Positions 37,386 to 45,893 of a stretch of DNA of 62,468 nt are shown here, in pieces (position 1 is the stretch's first letter; every line of letters begins with the position of its first letter). This DNA comes from an uncultured Acidimicrobiales bacterium. Its GTDB lineage: Bacteria; Actinomycetota; Acidimicrobiia; Acidimicrobiales; Poriferisodalaceae. Location: assembly GCA_905477545.1 (NCBI GenBank), contig CAJQGN010000002.1:1-62468 (forward strand). Direction: 5' to 3'. The notes under the pieces were generated by a model, which saw only the letters and a list, made by a program, of their open reading frames with translations, searched no databases and was not told the DNA's origin. The translations under genes were made by a program, and so were the position numbers.

Positions 37386-38117
37386 CTAATAGCCAACACT
37401 TGCCCCAATAAACAAATAACAAGACATCCCACTAACAAGGTAACACCCAATTCTTCTAAGAGCCCACCCCGGTTTCTGCCCTAAATATCGACTGACTAGC
37501 CAGCTAATATTGACTGAAATGACCATTACTAAAGCAAATTGCTCTAAATAGTTTGGCGTCACTGGAACAAGATTAAGCTCATTAGTCGTATAGATCAGCC
37601 CCAGCGACCCGGCAGAACCTAGCAGGGGTCCCAGCCAACGTTTTTTACTTGGTCCCATTAAATAAGTAGTTGCATCGAAAACGGCAGTTGTCACGAATAG
37701 AAGCCCAAGGGTTCGTTGGTCTTCCATCGAAAGCAATGAAACTGAAGCACCAGCCAAGCCAGCTGGGAACCACGCGCCTACTAGCTGCGTCGCAGTTATA
37801 GCTGATTTCTTAACTCCCCCCCAACCCACTAATGAGATCAAACCGCTAGCTAGTAGAGCTCCCCCTACAGCCAGGATGACTATCTGTAGTCTGGAAGAGA
37901 ATCCGGAGAGGCTGACAGTGGCTGCAAGGAGTACCGAACACAAGCGATCACTAGCAAATTTACGAGCTAACTGGTTCGCAGCTCCGCACGCAACAATCGT
38001 AAATAGTGCAGCGAATGCTGCGGCTTCTACTACTAGTGATAATGAAAACAGCACAAAAAAAAACAGGCTCAGTAGAACTTGAATAATTGGTGACCCCAGG
38101 ACCTTGTACCCCTTCAT
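37386..38117 (-). CDS. polytopic membrane protein, unknown function
   Basis: 243-aa ORF with about 7 hydrophobic segments. ATGA overlap with the upstream MoaD-like gene. No family motif recognised. Confidence 0.6.
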   Translation of the reverse strand: MKGYKVLGSPIIQVLLSLFFFVLFSLSLVVEAAAFAALFTIVACGAANQLARKFASDRLCSVLLAATVSLSGFSSRLQIVILAVGGALLASGLISLVGWGGVKKSAITATQLVGAWFPAGLAGASVSLLSMEDQRTLGLLFVTTAVFDATTYLMGPSKKRWLGPLLGSAGSLGLIYTTNELNLVPVTPNYLEQFALVMVISVNISWLVSRYLGQKPGWALRRIGCYLVSGMSCYLFIGASVGY

Positions 38118-38359
38118 AAACCGCCCGAAACGGGCGGTAACACCGCTACTTCGTCTCCTTCGACAAGAACCGTATTCTTATCAACTGATTCCCCATTTAC
38201 CCATACCCGGCTAGCGTTCAGAATTTTTAAAAATTCCTCTCCATACTTATTTACCGCCGCCTTCATCAAATCGTCCAGAGTCTCAACTTCAAAAGAAGCT
38301 GTTCCTGTACCGGCAGCCTCTCTAGCACCAGCAAAAAGTCGAAGATCAACAGTTGGCAT
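38114..38359 (-). CDS. MoaD/ThiS-family ubiquitin-like sulfur carrier (C-terminal GG followed by Leu)
   Basis: 81 aa from the ATG at 38359 (MPTVDLRLFAGAREAAG...). It ends LPPVSGGL. The ORF-track start at 38425 would overlap the divergent phosphatase gene. Confidence 0.65.
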   Translation of the reverse strand: MPTVDLRLFAGAREAAGTGTASFEVETLDDLMKAAVNKYGEEFLKILNASRVWVNGESVDKNTVLVEGDEVAVLPPVSGGL

Positions 38360-38412
38360 AGCTATAAGGTTACCCGTCGCAATCGCACCACCCAGCAAGT
38401 ACCTTTCTGTGG

Positions 38413-39000
38413 GTGACATATTCATCTAATGTGCTAATTCTTCGTCATGGTGAATCTGAATGGAATGCACTTGGCAAATGGCAAGGCCAAGCAAACCCAC
38501 CCCTTACGATAAAAGGCCAAAATCAGGCCAAAATAGCAGCAAGTAATTTAAACGACACTTTTGATTTGATTGCAGCTAGCGACCTAACCAGAGCTACTGA
38601 AACCGCCAGAATAATCGCAAATCATCAGCTAAAAACAGATGTTTCGTTACACAGCGAACTGAGAGAACGAGCTGCGGGACCATGGGAAGGTCTCACCCGA
38701 AACGAAATAGAGATTAAGTACCCCGGTGCTATATCAAAACGGCTCTGGCCTGCCGGTTACGAACATGACGAAACTGTGCTTCAAAGAGTCCTACCAATTT
38801 TGCATCATTTTGCTTCACTCCACGAAAAAATATTAGTGGTCGCGCATGGCGGCCTAATCCGAGCCCTAGATCGGTCTCTTGGAGCTCCTGATCTCCCGAT
38901 TCCAAACCTTGGAGGCCGTTGGTACCAAATCGGCGCTTCCGTAACTTACGGAGAACACATTAATCTCGTGAGCGCTAATGCTGAGATCAACGTCGAGTAG
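38413..39000 (+). CDS. histidine phosphatase family protein (phosphoglycerate mutase-like)
   Basis: 195 aa with the RHG motif LRHGESEWN and a second catalytic His in VVAHGG. Confidence 0.85.
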   Translation: MTYSSNVLILRHGESEWNALGKWQGQANPPLTIKGQNQAKIAASNLNDTFDLIAASDLTRATETARIIANHQLKTDVSLHSELRERAAGPWEGLTRNEIEIKYPGAISKRLWPAGYEHDETVLQRVLPILHHFASLHEKILVVAHGGLIRALDRSLGAPDLPIPNLGGRWYQIGASVTYGEHINLVSANAEINVE

Positions 39001-39020
39001 CGAACTATCGTATGGCAAAA

Positions 39021-39170
39021 TTACTGTTCCAAATTAATTGCCCAAGACACAACTTCATCAGGATCACTTCGATCTTCAGCTAATTGATGCAACGAAGATT
39101 CCACCCTGGCAAGTAAGAGCTCAATTTCATCTAAATCAGATTCGGTAAGATGACTCTGATCATTGCGCAT
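39021..39170 (-). CDS. possible 49-aa acidic helical protein
   Basis: ATG...TAA ORF found by hand, below the track cutoff: MRNDQSHLTESDLDEIELLLARVESSLHQLAEDRSDPDEVVSWAINLEQ. No obvious SD. Confidence 0.25.
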   Translation of the reverse strand: MRNDQSHLTESDLDEIELLLARVESSLHQLAEDRSDPDEVVSWAINLEQ

Positions 39171-39322
39171 GGTTAAAGTTTATAGCGTTTTGTGTCTAGC
39201 TGCAGCCATATGAGGATATCGACTGTCACTTACCAAAAGCTTTGCGACTAGCCTTCTCTCCACTTTCATATACTCAAAATTCACAGGCAACTCACGCCCG
39301 TCTACTTAAACCCAATCGAAAC

Positions 39323-40690
39323 ATGACCATGAACGTACAAGAACCAAAACCACGCATCTCACTCATGGTTTTCACGAGAGACCTAAGAATCACAGATAAT
39401 CCAGCCTTATCTGCTTCACTAAAAAACACTAAAACATATTGTCTTTTTGTATTTGACGACAGTCTTATCTCAGGTTCACGCCCTCCCTTAAACAGACTAA
39501 AATTTCTTAAGGATTCGCTTCAAGATCTCGCTCTAAGCCTCAAATCTATTGGGGGAGAGTTGATTATTGCTAGTGGTAAGTGGGCAGATACAGTCCTTGA
39601 TGTTGCTAAAAAAATCCATGCTTCAGAAATCAACATCGCAGATGACTACAGCACCTATGCCACCAATCGGATTACTAATCTTGAGAATTATTGCGCTGCA
39701 AATAAAATCACCTTGAACAAACATCCCGGAATATCTATCGTCGAACCAGGGGTTCTAGCTCCGACGGCAGGTTCTGAATATAAAATTTTCACGCCATATT
39801 TTCGTAAATGGATAAACGCCTCATGGCGACGCCAAGCGGTTTTGCCTAAAACAATCGAATTTGGGAAGACCGACCACCAATTCTCTCTTTCTCAAAAGAG
39901 TAAAGATCTTCTTTCAATCAGTTCTTCGGGTTATGGCGGAGAAACTAGTGGTAGCGAAAAGATGAATCAATGGTTGAGTAGGTCTTCAAATGCCTATAAC
40001 AGCACTAAGGATGTTCCTTACCTCGATAGCACTTCTCACCTCTCCGCATTTTTACATTTTGGTTGCATCTCACCGTTGAACTTGGCTATCCAAGCCCAAT
40101 CGTTCCCGGAAACTGAAAATTTTGTACGTCAGCTATGTTGGCGAGATTTTTTTCTTCAAATTCTCGCTGTCAGGCCTGATGCATCAATAAACGACTACAG
40201 AAATCGTAATGATATTTGGGCAAAAGACCCAGAATCATTTATCGCTTGGAAAGAAGGAAAGACTGGATTTCCGCTAGTTGATGCTGGAATGCGTCAACTA
40301 AAAGCTGAAGGATTTATGCACAACCGAACTCGAATGGTAACTGCTTCTTTTTTAGTAAAGGACCTATATCTAGATTGGCGAGTAGGAGCAAGTCATTTCA
40401 TGGAACATCTCATAGATGGCGATATAGCTAATAACCAACTCGGCTGGCAATGGGTTGCAGGCACTGGAACAGATTCTAACCCACATAGAATTCTTAACCC
40501 AATTCGCCAAAGCGAACGCTTTGATCCTTCGGGCTCATACATTCAAAAATGGGTTCCCGAGCTTTCAGGGCTAACACCTAAAACTATTCATGACCCTCCC
40601 TTGGTCATAAGACAACAATGTGGATATCCAGAACAAATTGTCAATCATCACGACGCCGTAGAATTATTCCGGAATAGAAGAGCAAGATAA
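39323..40690 (+). CDS. phr: deoxyribodipyrimidine photolyase / cryptochrome family protein
   Basis: N-terminal photolyase fold (VFTRDLRITDNPAL). FAD-binding C-terminal motifs: WRDFF, GFMHNRTRMVTASFLVKDL, DGDIANNQLGWQWVAGTG, RILNPIRQSERFDP. Start set at the ATG at 39323. Confidence 0.88.
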   Translation: MTMNVQEPKPRISLMVFTRDLRITDNPALSASLKNTKTYCLFVFDDSLISGSRPPLNRLKFLKDSLQDLALSLKSIGGELIIASGKWADTVLDVAKKIHASEINIADDYSTYATNRITNLENYCAANKITLNKHPGISIVEPGVLAPTAGSEYKIFTPYFRKWINASWRRQAVLPKTIEFGKTDHQFSLSQKSKDLLSISSSGYGGETSGSEKMNQWLSRSSNAYNSTKDVPYLDSTSHLSAFLHFGCISPLNLAIQAQSFPETENFVRQLCWRDFFLQILAVRPDASINDYRNRNDIWAKDPESFIAWKEGKTGFPLVDAGMRQLKAEGFMHNRTRMVTASFLVKDLYLDWRVGASHFMEHLIDGDIANNQLGWQWVAGTGTDSNPHRILNPIRQSERFDPSGSYIQKWVPELSGLTPKTIHDPPLVIRQQCGYPEQIVNHHDAVELFRNRRAR

Positions 40691-40746
40691 TTGCAACGAT
40701 TAGGATACAAAAGTCTAAATGGTGCAAAGATAGGTATCTTCGTTGT

Positions 40747-41778
40747 ATGCCATCTTTAGCGCATACTTCGATCGGGCGAGCGCGACTTCGACGCCGAATA
40801 GTTACTATCCCCGGAGTATTTTTGGTAACTGCACTTCTTTTACTTTTACTGGTACCAGTTTTAGTAATTGGTGGACTTATTGATATCTGCTACCGCAGAC
40901 CACTTTCTACAGTTCGCTTAATTCTTTTTACTCTTTGGTGGCTACTTGTTGAAAGCTTTGGGCTCATAGCCGGTTTCATTCTTTGGGGGTATTTTCGTCC
41001 TGGTAAAAGACTCGCCAATCAACGTTCCATCCAGGCACATACTGTTGTACAACGAATCTGGATTAAAGCGTTAGTGACGGCTGCACGCTTATTCCTTGGC
41101 CTAAAGATCAAAGTAGAAGGAGACTCCTTAGAAAATAAAGTAGGTCCTTTCATAATTCTGGCACGCCATGGAAGCCAAGGAGATGCATTGCTTATCGCTG
41201 CGATGCTCGGACGTTTAAAAATTCGCCCTCGTGTAATTCTGAAAAAAGAACTTTTACAAGACCCCTGTTTTGACGTATTCGGCAATCGCCTGCGTAATTA
41301 CTTTGTTGATCGTGACACAGTCGACAATTTCGAAGAAGTTGCATCGATAGGACAGTTAGCAGCTGAAATGAACCCCGATGAAGCCACTCTTATATTTCCT
41401 GAAGGTACGCGCTTCTCATTACCAAAATTAAAGAAATCTATAGCCTCTCTACAAGCAACTGCTCCGTCACGAGTCAAGTCAGCAAAAAATTTACGCTCTG
41501 TTCTCCCAATTAGAAGCCCGGGCATCCTAGCAATACTAAAAAACGCCCCCGAAGCGAACCTGATTTTTATAAATCACGTTGGCGTCAGTCAATTCCGTTC
41601 GATAAAAGATATATGGCGTAACACGCCACTACCAACCGACCTTCACTTCAACATCACATTTCTTCCTAGAAATGAAGCACCAGATAGCGCTTCCCAGGAC
41701 GAACTGATTAAGTTCATTGATTCAAGATGGGAAGAGATCGACGATTGGGTAGTTACAAATCAACAGGCCTTGAGCTGA
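40747..41778 (+). CDS. membrane-anchored lysophospholipid (PlsC-family) acyltransferase
   Basis: 343 aa. Two N-terminal TM helices, HX4D motif HGSQGD and FPEGTR. Confidence 0.75.
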   Translation: MPSLAHTSIGRARLRRRIVTIPGVFLVTALLLLLLVPVLVIGGLIDICYRRPLSTVRLILFTLWWLLVESFGLIAGFILWGYFRPGKRLANQRSIQAHTVVQRIWIKALVTAARLFLGLKIKVEGDSLENKVGPFIILARHGSQGDALLIAAMLGRLKIRPRVILKKELLQDPCFDVFGNRLRNYFVDRDTVDNFEEVASIGQLAAEMNPDEATLIFPEGTRFSLPKLKKSIASLQATAPSRVKSAKNLRSVLPIRSPGILAILKNAPEANLIFINHVGVSQFRSIKDIWRNTPLPTDLHFNITFLPRNEAPDSASQDELIKFIDSRWEEIDDWVVTNQQALS

Positions 41779-42643
41779 TTTTTGTTCTAAACGGGAAGAG
41801 CACAGGAGTGGAAGCTTTATATCGTTCGTATTCCAAATCGCCTTTCCATCTTCGATCAGCTTTTTTTTCTAACATTGGTATACCACTTATCTTGGTCAAA
41901 AGTAGCCACACGAATAGTGGGGAAACTAAAGTTACAAAACTCCATCCAGAAAGAGCCGGGATAGCGATTATGGCTACGCCTGTCCACAAGAGAATTTCAC
42001 CTAAATAATTAGGGTGACGAGAAATCGCCCACAGACCAGACGATATAAAACGATCTTTGTTCTCTTCTTGGCTCCTAAATTTACGTTTGGCTTCATCAGA
42101 AATTACTTCGACTGAGAAGCCGAGAACCCATACTAGAAGACCTAAAAACCCAATTAAACCAAAATTTTTGTCATCTGCAGAAGTAATTGCGGCCAACGCT
42201 GCTGACGCCGTAACTAGAACCCATAATCCCTGAACAGTCCAGGTAAATAAGAACCAAGCAAACTTATGTTTCATGACGTTGAATCTAGAATCTGAACCTT
42301 GACGCTTCACCCTCAAGACAAGGAACGAACCTAGTCGTAATGCCCAGGTGATAACGATGATTGCTAAGATGACTGATCGAGTGCCTACGTTTTTTGAAAA
42401 TAGGAGAGCTATGGATATGACAGTTACATAAGTAATTGAGCCTGTTAAGTCAAAAAAATGCTCTGTGTGTTTTAACCATGCTGCAACGAAACCAACCCAT
42501 TGAACTCCATAGGCAACTATCCCACACAATAAGAAAACTGAGATAGCGCTATCAGAGCCGATGCTTGCACTCACCGCTACAGAAAGTACCGTCCCTAAAA
42601 TAACCGATATTAAAATTCCGAATACGGCTTGGTTTGTTTTCAT
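41753..42643 (-). CDS. DUF1295 / steroid-5-alpha-reductase-like membrane protein
   Basis: 296-aa polytopic ORF with C-terminal WAISRHPNYLGE. ATGA overlap with the upstream SDR gene. Confidence 0.75.
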   Translation of the reverse strand: MKTNQAVFGILISVILGTVLSVAVSASIGSDSAISVFLLCGIVAYGVQWVGFVAAWLKHTEHFFDLTGSITYVTVISIALLFSKNVGTRSVILAIIVITWALRLGSFLVLRVKRQGSDSRFNVMKHKFAWFLFTWTVQGLWVLVTASAALAAITSADDKNFGLIGFLGLLVWVLGFSVEVISDEAKRKFRSQEENKDRFISSGLWAISRHPNYLGEILLWTGVAIIAIPALSGWSFVTLVSPLFVWLLLTKISGIPMLEKKADRRWKGDLEYERYKASTPVLFPFRTKISSRPVDL

Positions 42644-44169
42644 TGGATATTTCTCCGCTTTTCAGCTGCCGAAAGCTCTTCGGCTAATGCCACTATGCGA
42701 TCTAGCATCTTTTTAAAGATTAGAGTGTGCGGTGGAACCAATGCATACCAATAAAGACGCCCTAATAAACCACGAGGTACGAACAAGGCTCGCTGAATAA
42801 TTTCTGCACCATTTTCATTTTCTACTACTTGCCACTCCAACCATGCATGGCCCGGGTTTCTCATTTCACCAAGTAGCCGCAAAGAATGCGAGTTAACGGT
42901 CACCACCTTAAAAAAGTCGACGGTGTCGCCTACTCGTAAATCCGTAGGGTGCCGACGTCCACGTCTTATCCCAACTCCACCAAGAATCTTGTCGATAAAA
43001 CCGCGCAAATTCCAAAGCCAGTTAAAGGCAAACCATCCATTATCTCCCCCAACAGTTCGAAGTACCGCCATCAAATCTGCGCACCTAGCATTTGTGACCT
43101 GAGTTCTCTGATCGCTAAGAACACGTCCGCCAGACCATGCAGGGTCACTCAAAGCCGGCATTGCGGGGCCGGTTAGAGTAGAGATTTGTTTACCACCAGA
43201 AGCATTTGTCCATCGAGTAGGCATCTCAAGATCTCGGACTCTCGCTAATGCCCGATTTATTGATTGATTTAGATTAAATGAGGTAGATCGCCCTTTGTTT
43301 CGAATATCTCTATTTCCAACGACAACATCACTGGTTAATGAATCTATAAGTGATCGCGCTAGCCGAATCGGAAGAGGACTTACAAGGTTTACCCAGTGAG
43401 AAGATAAGCGCGGGGTCAAAACTGGAACTGCGATAATCAAACGACGGCGTAAGCCCGCAACCTCCGCGTACACGTCCATCATCTGTCGATATGTAAGAAC
43501 TTCAGGGCCACCAATCTCAAATACCTCACCAATTACTTCTTCATCACCGAGCACCCCTACAAGATGACTAAGTACGTCTTCAATTGCTATCGGTTGACAG
43601 CGTGTTCGAGATACCCATCTCGGGACAACCATTACCGGGAGCACCTCGACCAAAGAGCGAAGCATTTCAAATGACGCACTTCCAGAGCCAATAATAACTG
43701 CAGCACGTAATTCTGTAACTGGTGTAATTCCAGAAGCAAGTATTTCACCGACAGCGTGACGGCTTGCTAAATGAGCTGAATGAGTTTCATTATCATGGCC
43801 GAGGCCACCCAAGTAGATGATTTGCTCAAGCCCAGCATCGTCAGCGCATTTGACAAATATTTCTGCCATCTCGCTTTCCAGAGTTTCAAAAGAGCCGGAA
43901 GATGACATCGAATGAACTAGGTAGTACGCAGCCTGCGCACCTTCAAGAACTTGATTCACTTCAGAAGCGACAGAAAGATCTGCCTCCACTACTTCGACTC
44001 TCTCTCGCCACGGACGGTCATCTAAAGCCGCCGAGCTTCGCGTTGTGCATCTAACTCTGTAACCAGCTTCTAAAAGTTCCGGGACCAATCGACCACCAAC
44101 GTAACCAGTAACGCCCGTAACAACCACTGTCCCAATATCTGACTGTTCAGCAACATTGCTCTCACCCAT
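42640..44169 (-). CDS. NAD(P)H-binding SDR-type protein with C-terminal DUF2867-like domain
   Basis: 509 aa. Rossmann VVTGVTGYVGGRL, then a C-terminal lipid-binding-like extension of about 170 aa. 8-nt overlap with the upstream gene. Confidence 0.7.
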   Translation of the reverse strand: MGESNVAEQSDIGTVVVTGVTGYVGGRLVPELLEAGYRVRCTTRSSAALDDRPWRERVEVVEADLSVASEVNQVLEGAQAAYYLVHSMSSSGSFETLESEMAEIFVKCADDAGLEQIIYLGGLGHDNETHSAHLASRHAVGEILASGITPVTELRAAVIIGSGSASFEMLRSLVEVLPVMVVPRWVSRTRCQPIAIEDVLSHLVGVLGDEEVIGEVFEIGGPEVLTYRQMMDVYAEVAGLRRRLIIAVPVLTPRLSSHWVNLVSPLPIRLARSLIDSLTSDVVVGNRDIRNKGRSTSFNLNQSINRALARVRDLEMPTRWTNASGGKQISTLTGPAMPALSDPAWSGGRVLSDQRTQVTNARCADLMAVLRTVGGDNGWFAFNWLWNLRGFIDKILGGVGIRRGRRHPTDLRVGDTVDFFKVVTVNSHSLRLLGEMRNPGHAWLEWQVVENENGAEIIQRALFVPRGLLGRLYWYALVPPHTLIFKKMLDRIVALAEELSAAEKRRNIQ

Positions 44170-45058
44170 GCGAACCTGCTAGTTCTTCAGCAGCGGAATC
44201 AAGATTTGGATGCTCGAAAATGAAGCCCGATTCGGTCAGCGCGTCAGGTTTAACTCGCGCGCTCGCTAGCAGCAAACCGTCAGCCATTTCCCCTAGCAAC
44301 AACCTCAGCGCTAATGAAGGAGCTACGAGAAAAGATGGCCGTCTCATTTGTTTTCCAAAAATTCTGACAAATGACTTATTCGTTACAGGCTCCGGGGCAA
44401 CAAGATTTACCGCACCCTCAAGTTCTGAATCAAGCAAATGCAACAAAGCACGAATTTCGTCTTCCAAGCTTATCCATGACCACCATTGCTTGCCGGAACC
44501 TAATGGTCCTCCGACAAAAAATTTAAGCGTTTGCAATATTTTCGGCAGAGCACCGCCCAGCGGTGTACACACTATTCCTGTTCTTGCTATCACTAACCGG
44601 GTCTTCGGACTTGCAATAACGCTCGCTTCAAGCTCCCATTTTTTGCAGACCTCTGACAAAAATCCCGATCCACTAACAGAATTTTCTGAGAGAATCTCAT
44701 CACCTCGATTCCCATAGAAACCGATCGCAGAAGATGACACAACTACCTTCGGAGGGTTATCTAATTCTGAAATCTTGTCTGCTAGCAGAGAAGTTCCTAA
44801 AACTCGGCTGTTAAGAATCCGCTCTTTCTTTCCTTTGCTCCAACGGCCTTCGATGCTTTCACCTGCAAGGTGCACTAAACCGTCCAAACCTTCTAAATCG
44901 CTTGCATCTAAAACAGCTGTAGCCGGATCCCATTCAATATCGGCATCTTTGTTCGGACCGCGGCCTATACGAAGAACAGAATCTCCTCTTTCCTCGAGAG
45001 CTTTCGCCAATGCCGAACCAATCAGCCCTGATGCTCCAGTAATCGCATATTTAGCCAT
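44162..45058 (-). CDS. TIGR01777-family epimerase-like protein (YfcH-like, DUF1731 C-terminus)
   Basis: 298 aa with Rossmann ITGASGLIGSAL. 8-nt overlap (ATGGCTAA) with the regulator gene. Confidence 0.75.
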   Translation of the reverse strand: MAKYAITGASGLIGSALAKALEERGDSVLRIGRGPNKDADIEWDPATAVLDASDLEGLDGLVHLAGESIEGRWSKGKKERILNSRVLGTSLLADKISELDNPPKVVVSSSAIGFYGNRGDEILSENSVSGSGFLSEVCKKWELEASVIASPKTRLVIARTGIVCTPLGGALPKILQTLKFFVGGPLGSGKQWWSWISLEDEIRALLHLLDSELEGAVNLVAPEPVTNKSFVRIFGKQMRRPSFLVAPSLALRLLLGEMADGLLLASARVKPDALTESGFIFEHPNLDSAAEELAGSHG

Positions 45059-45875
45059 CAGCTAACCTTTCTATAAGATCTAGACCCAATCTAAAATCGG
45101 ACATTATGTGGTCTGCCCCAACTGATTCAGCTGTCAAACCGAACAGTCCTGAACCACCCACTACCAATGGGACATTTATATTTTCACGCCTCAGGGATTC
45201 AGTTACATCGCGCAGCCCCTCTAATGAGCCGGCGGTCGAAACTGATAATGCTACCGCAACCAGGCGGTCCGCATCTAAACAAACTTCAACAAACGATACC
45301 GGAGGAGTATTCGAACCAAGGTCGTGCACGTCGAATTTACGGCCTCTAAGCAATAAAGCCAACACGCTTGTAACTAGTCCATGTTCTTCCGTCGGTGGAC
45401 AACCCACTATTACCAGCCCGCGCTTACGGCCACGGACTGCTGAGGTGGCCTGTAGACGTCCAAGTAGTGATGGCACAATAGCTGAAGCACGATGTTCAGC
45501 AGCTATAGAAAAGGTTCCTTCTGCCCATCCCCTACCTATTGATCCCATCGCTGGGAATAGTAAATCAATACAAAAATCTTCGACATCGCAACCTGCAGCT
45601 CTGACAGACTCAGCTATCTTCCACACTCCTTCTTGGTCACCATTAATTAAACAATTCATTAATGGCTCGATCCGTGTCGACAGATCTCGATTGCCGCGTC
45701 CGACTGCAGCGGGCGCTTTATTTTTCAGTTTCTCTAATTCTTCCTTTTCAATTACCCAAGTTCCATTTTCTTTACTCGCTAGTAACATTCCCGTTCGCAC
45801 ATAGCGGTAAATAGTCATGTAGTGGAGATCTAGGATTTCAGCAGCCTCGTGAAGCGTGCACGTTTGACTGTTCAC
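45051..45875 (-). CDS. HTH (excisionase/MerR-type) + cobalamin-binding domain regulator, CarH/LitR-like
   Basis: 274 aa. N-terminal HTH LHEAAEILDLHYMTIYRYVRTG, helical-bundle motif W-x9-EH (GWAEGTFSIAAEH), and B12-binding Rossmann PPTEEHGLV...VHDLGSNTP. Confidence 0.75.
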   Translation of the reverse strand: MNSQTCTLHEAAEILDLHYMTIYRYVRTGMLLASKENGTWVIEKEELEKLKNKAPAAVGRGNRDLSTRIEPLMNCLINGDQEGVWKIAESVRAAGCDVEDFCIDLLFPAMGSIGRGWAEGTFSIAAEHRASAIVPSLLGRLQATSAVRGRKRGLVIVGCPPTEEHGLVTSVLALLLRGRKFDVHDLGSNTPPVSFVEVCLDADRLVAVALSVSTAGSLEGLRDVTESLRRENINVPLVVGGSGLFGLTAESVGADHIMSDFRLGLDLIERLADG

Positions 45876-45893
45876 TTATTGACCTTAGTTATT

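Noticed and set aside
45106-45804. 232-aa plus-strand ORF fully inside the B12-HTH regulator gene (similar cases at 44220-44717, 32210-32686, 21160-21525, 23233-23595)
   Set aside because: It has Ser/Thr/Pro/Arg-rich antisense-type composition and no motifs, while the sense-strand genes have strong family signatures. These look like long antisense frames without function.
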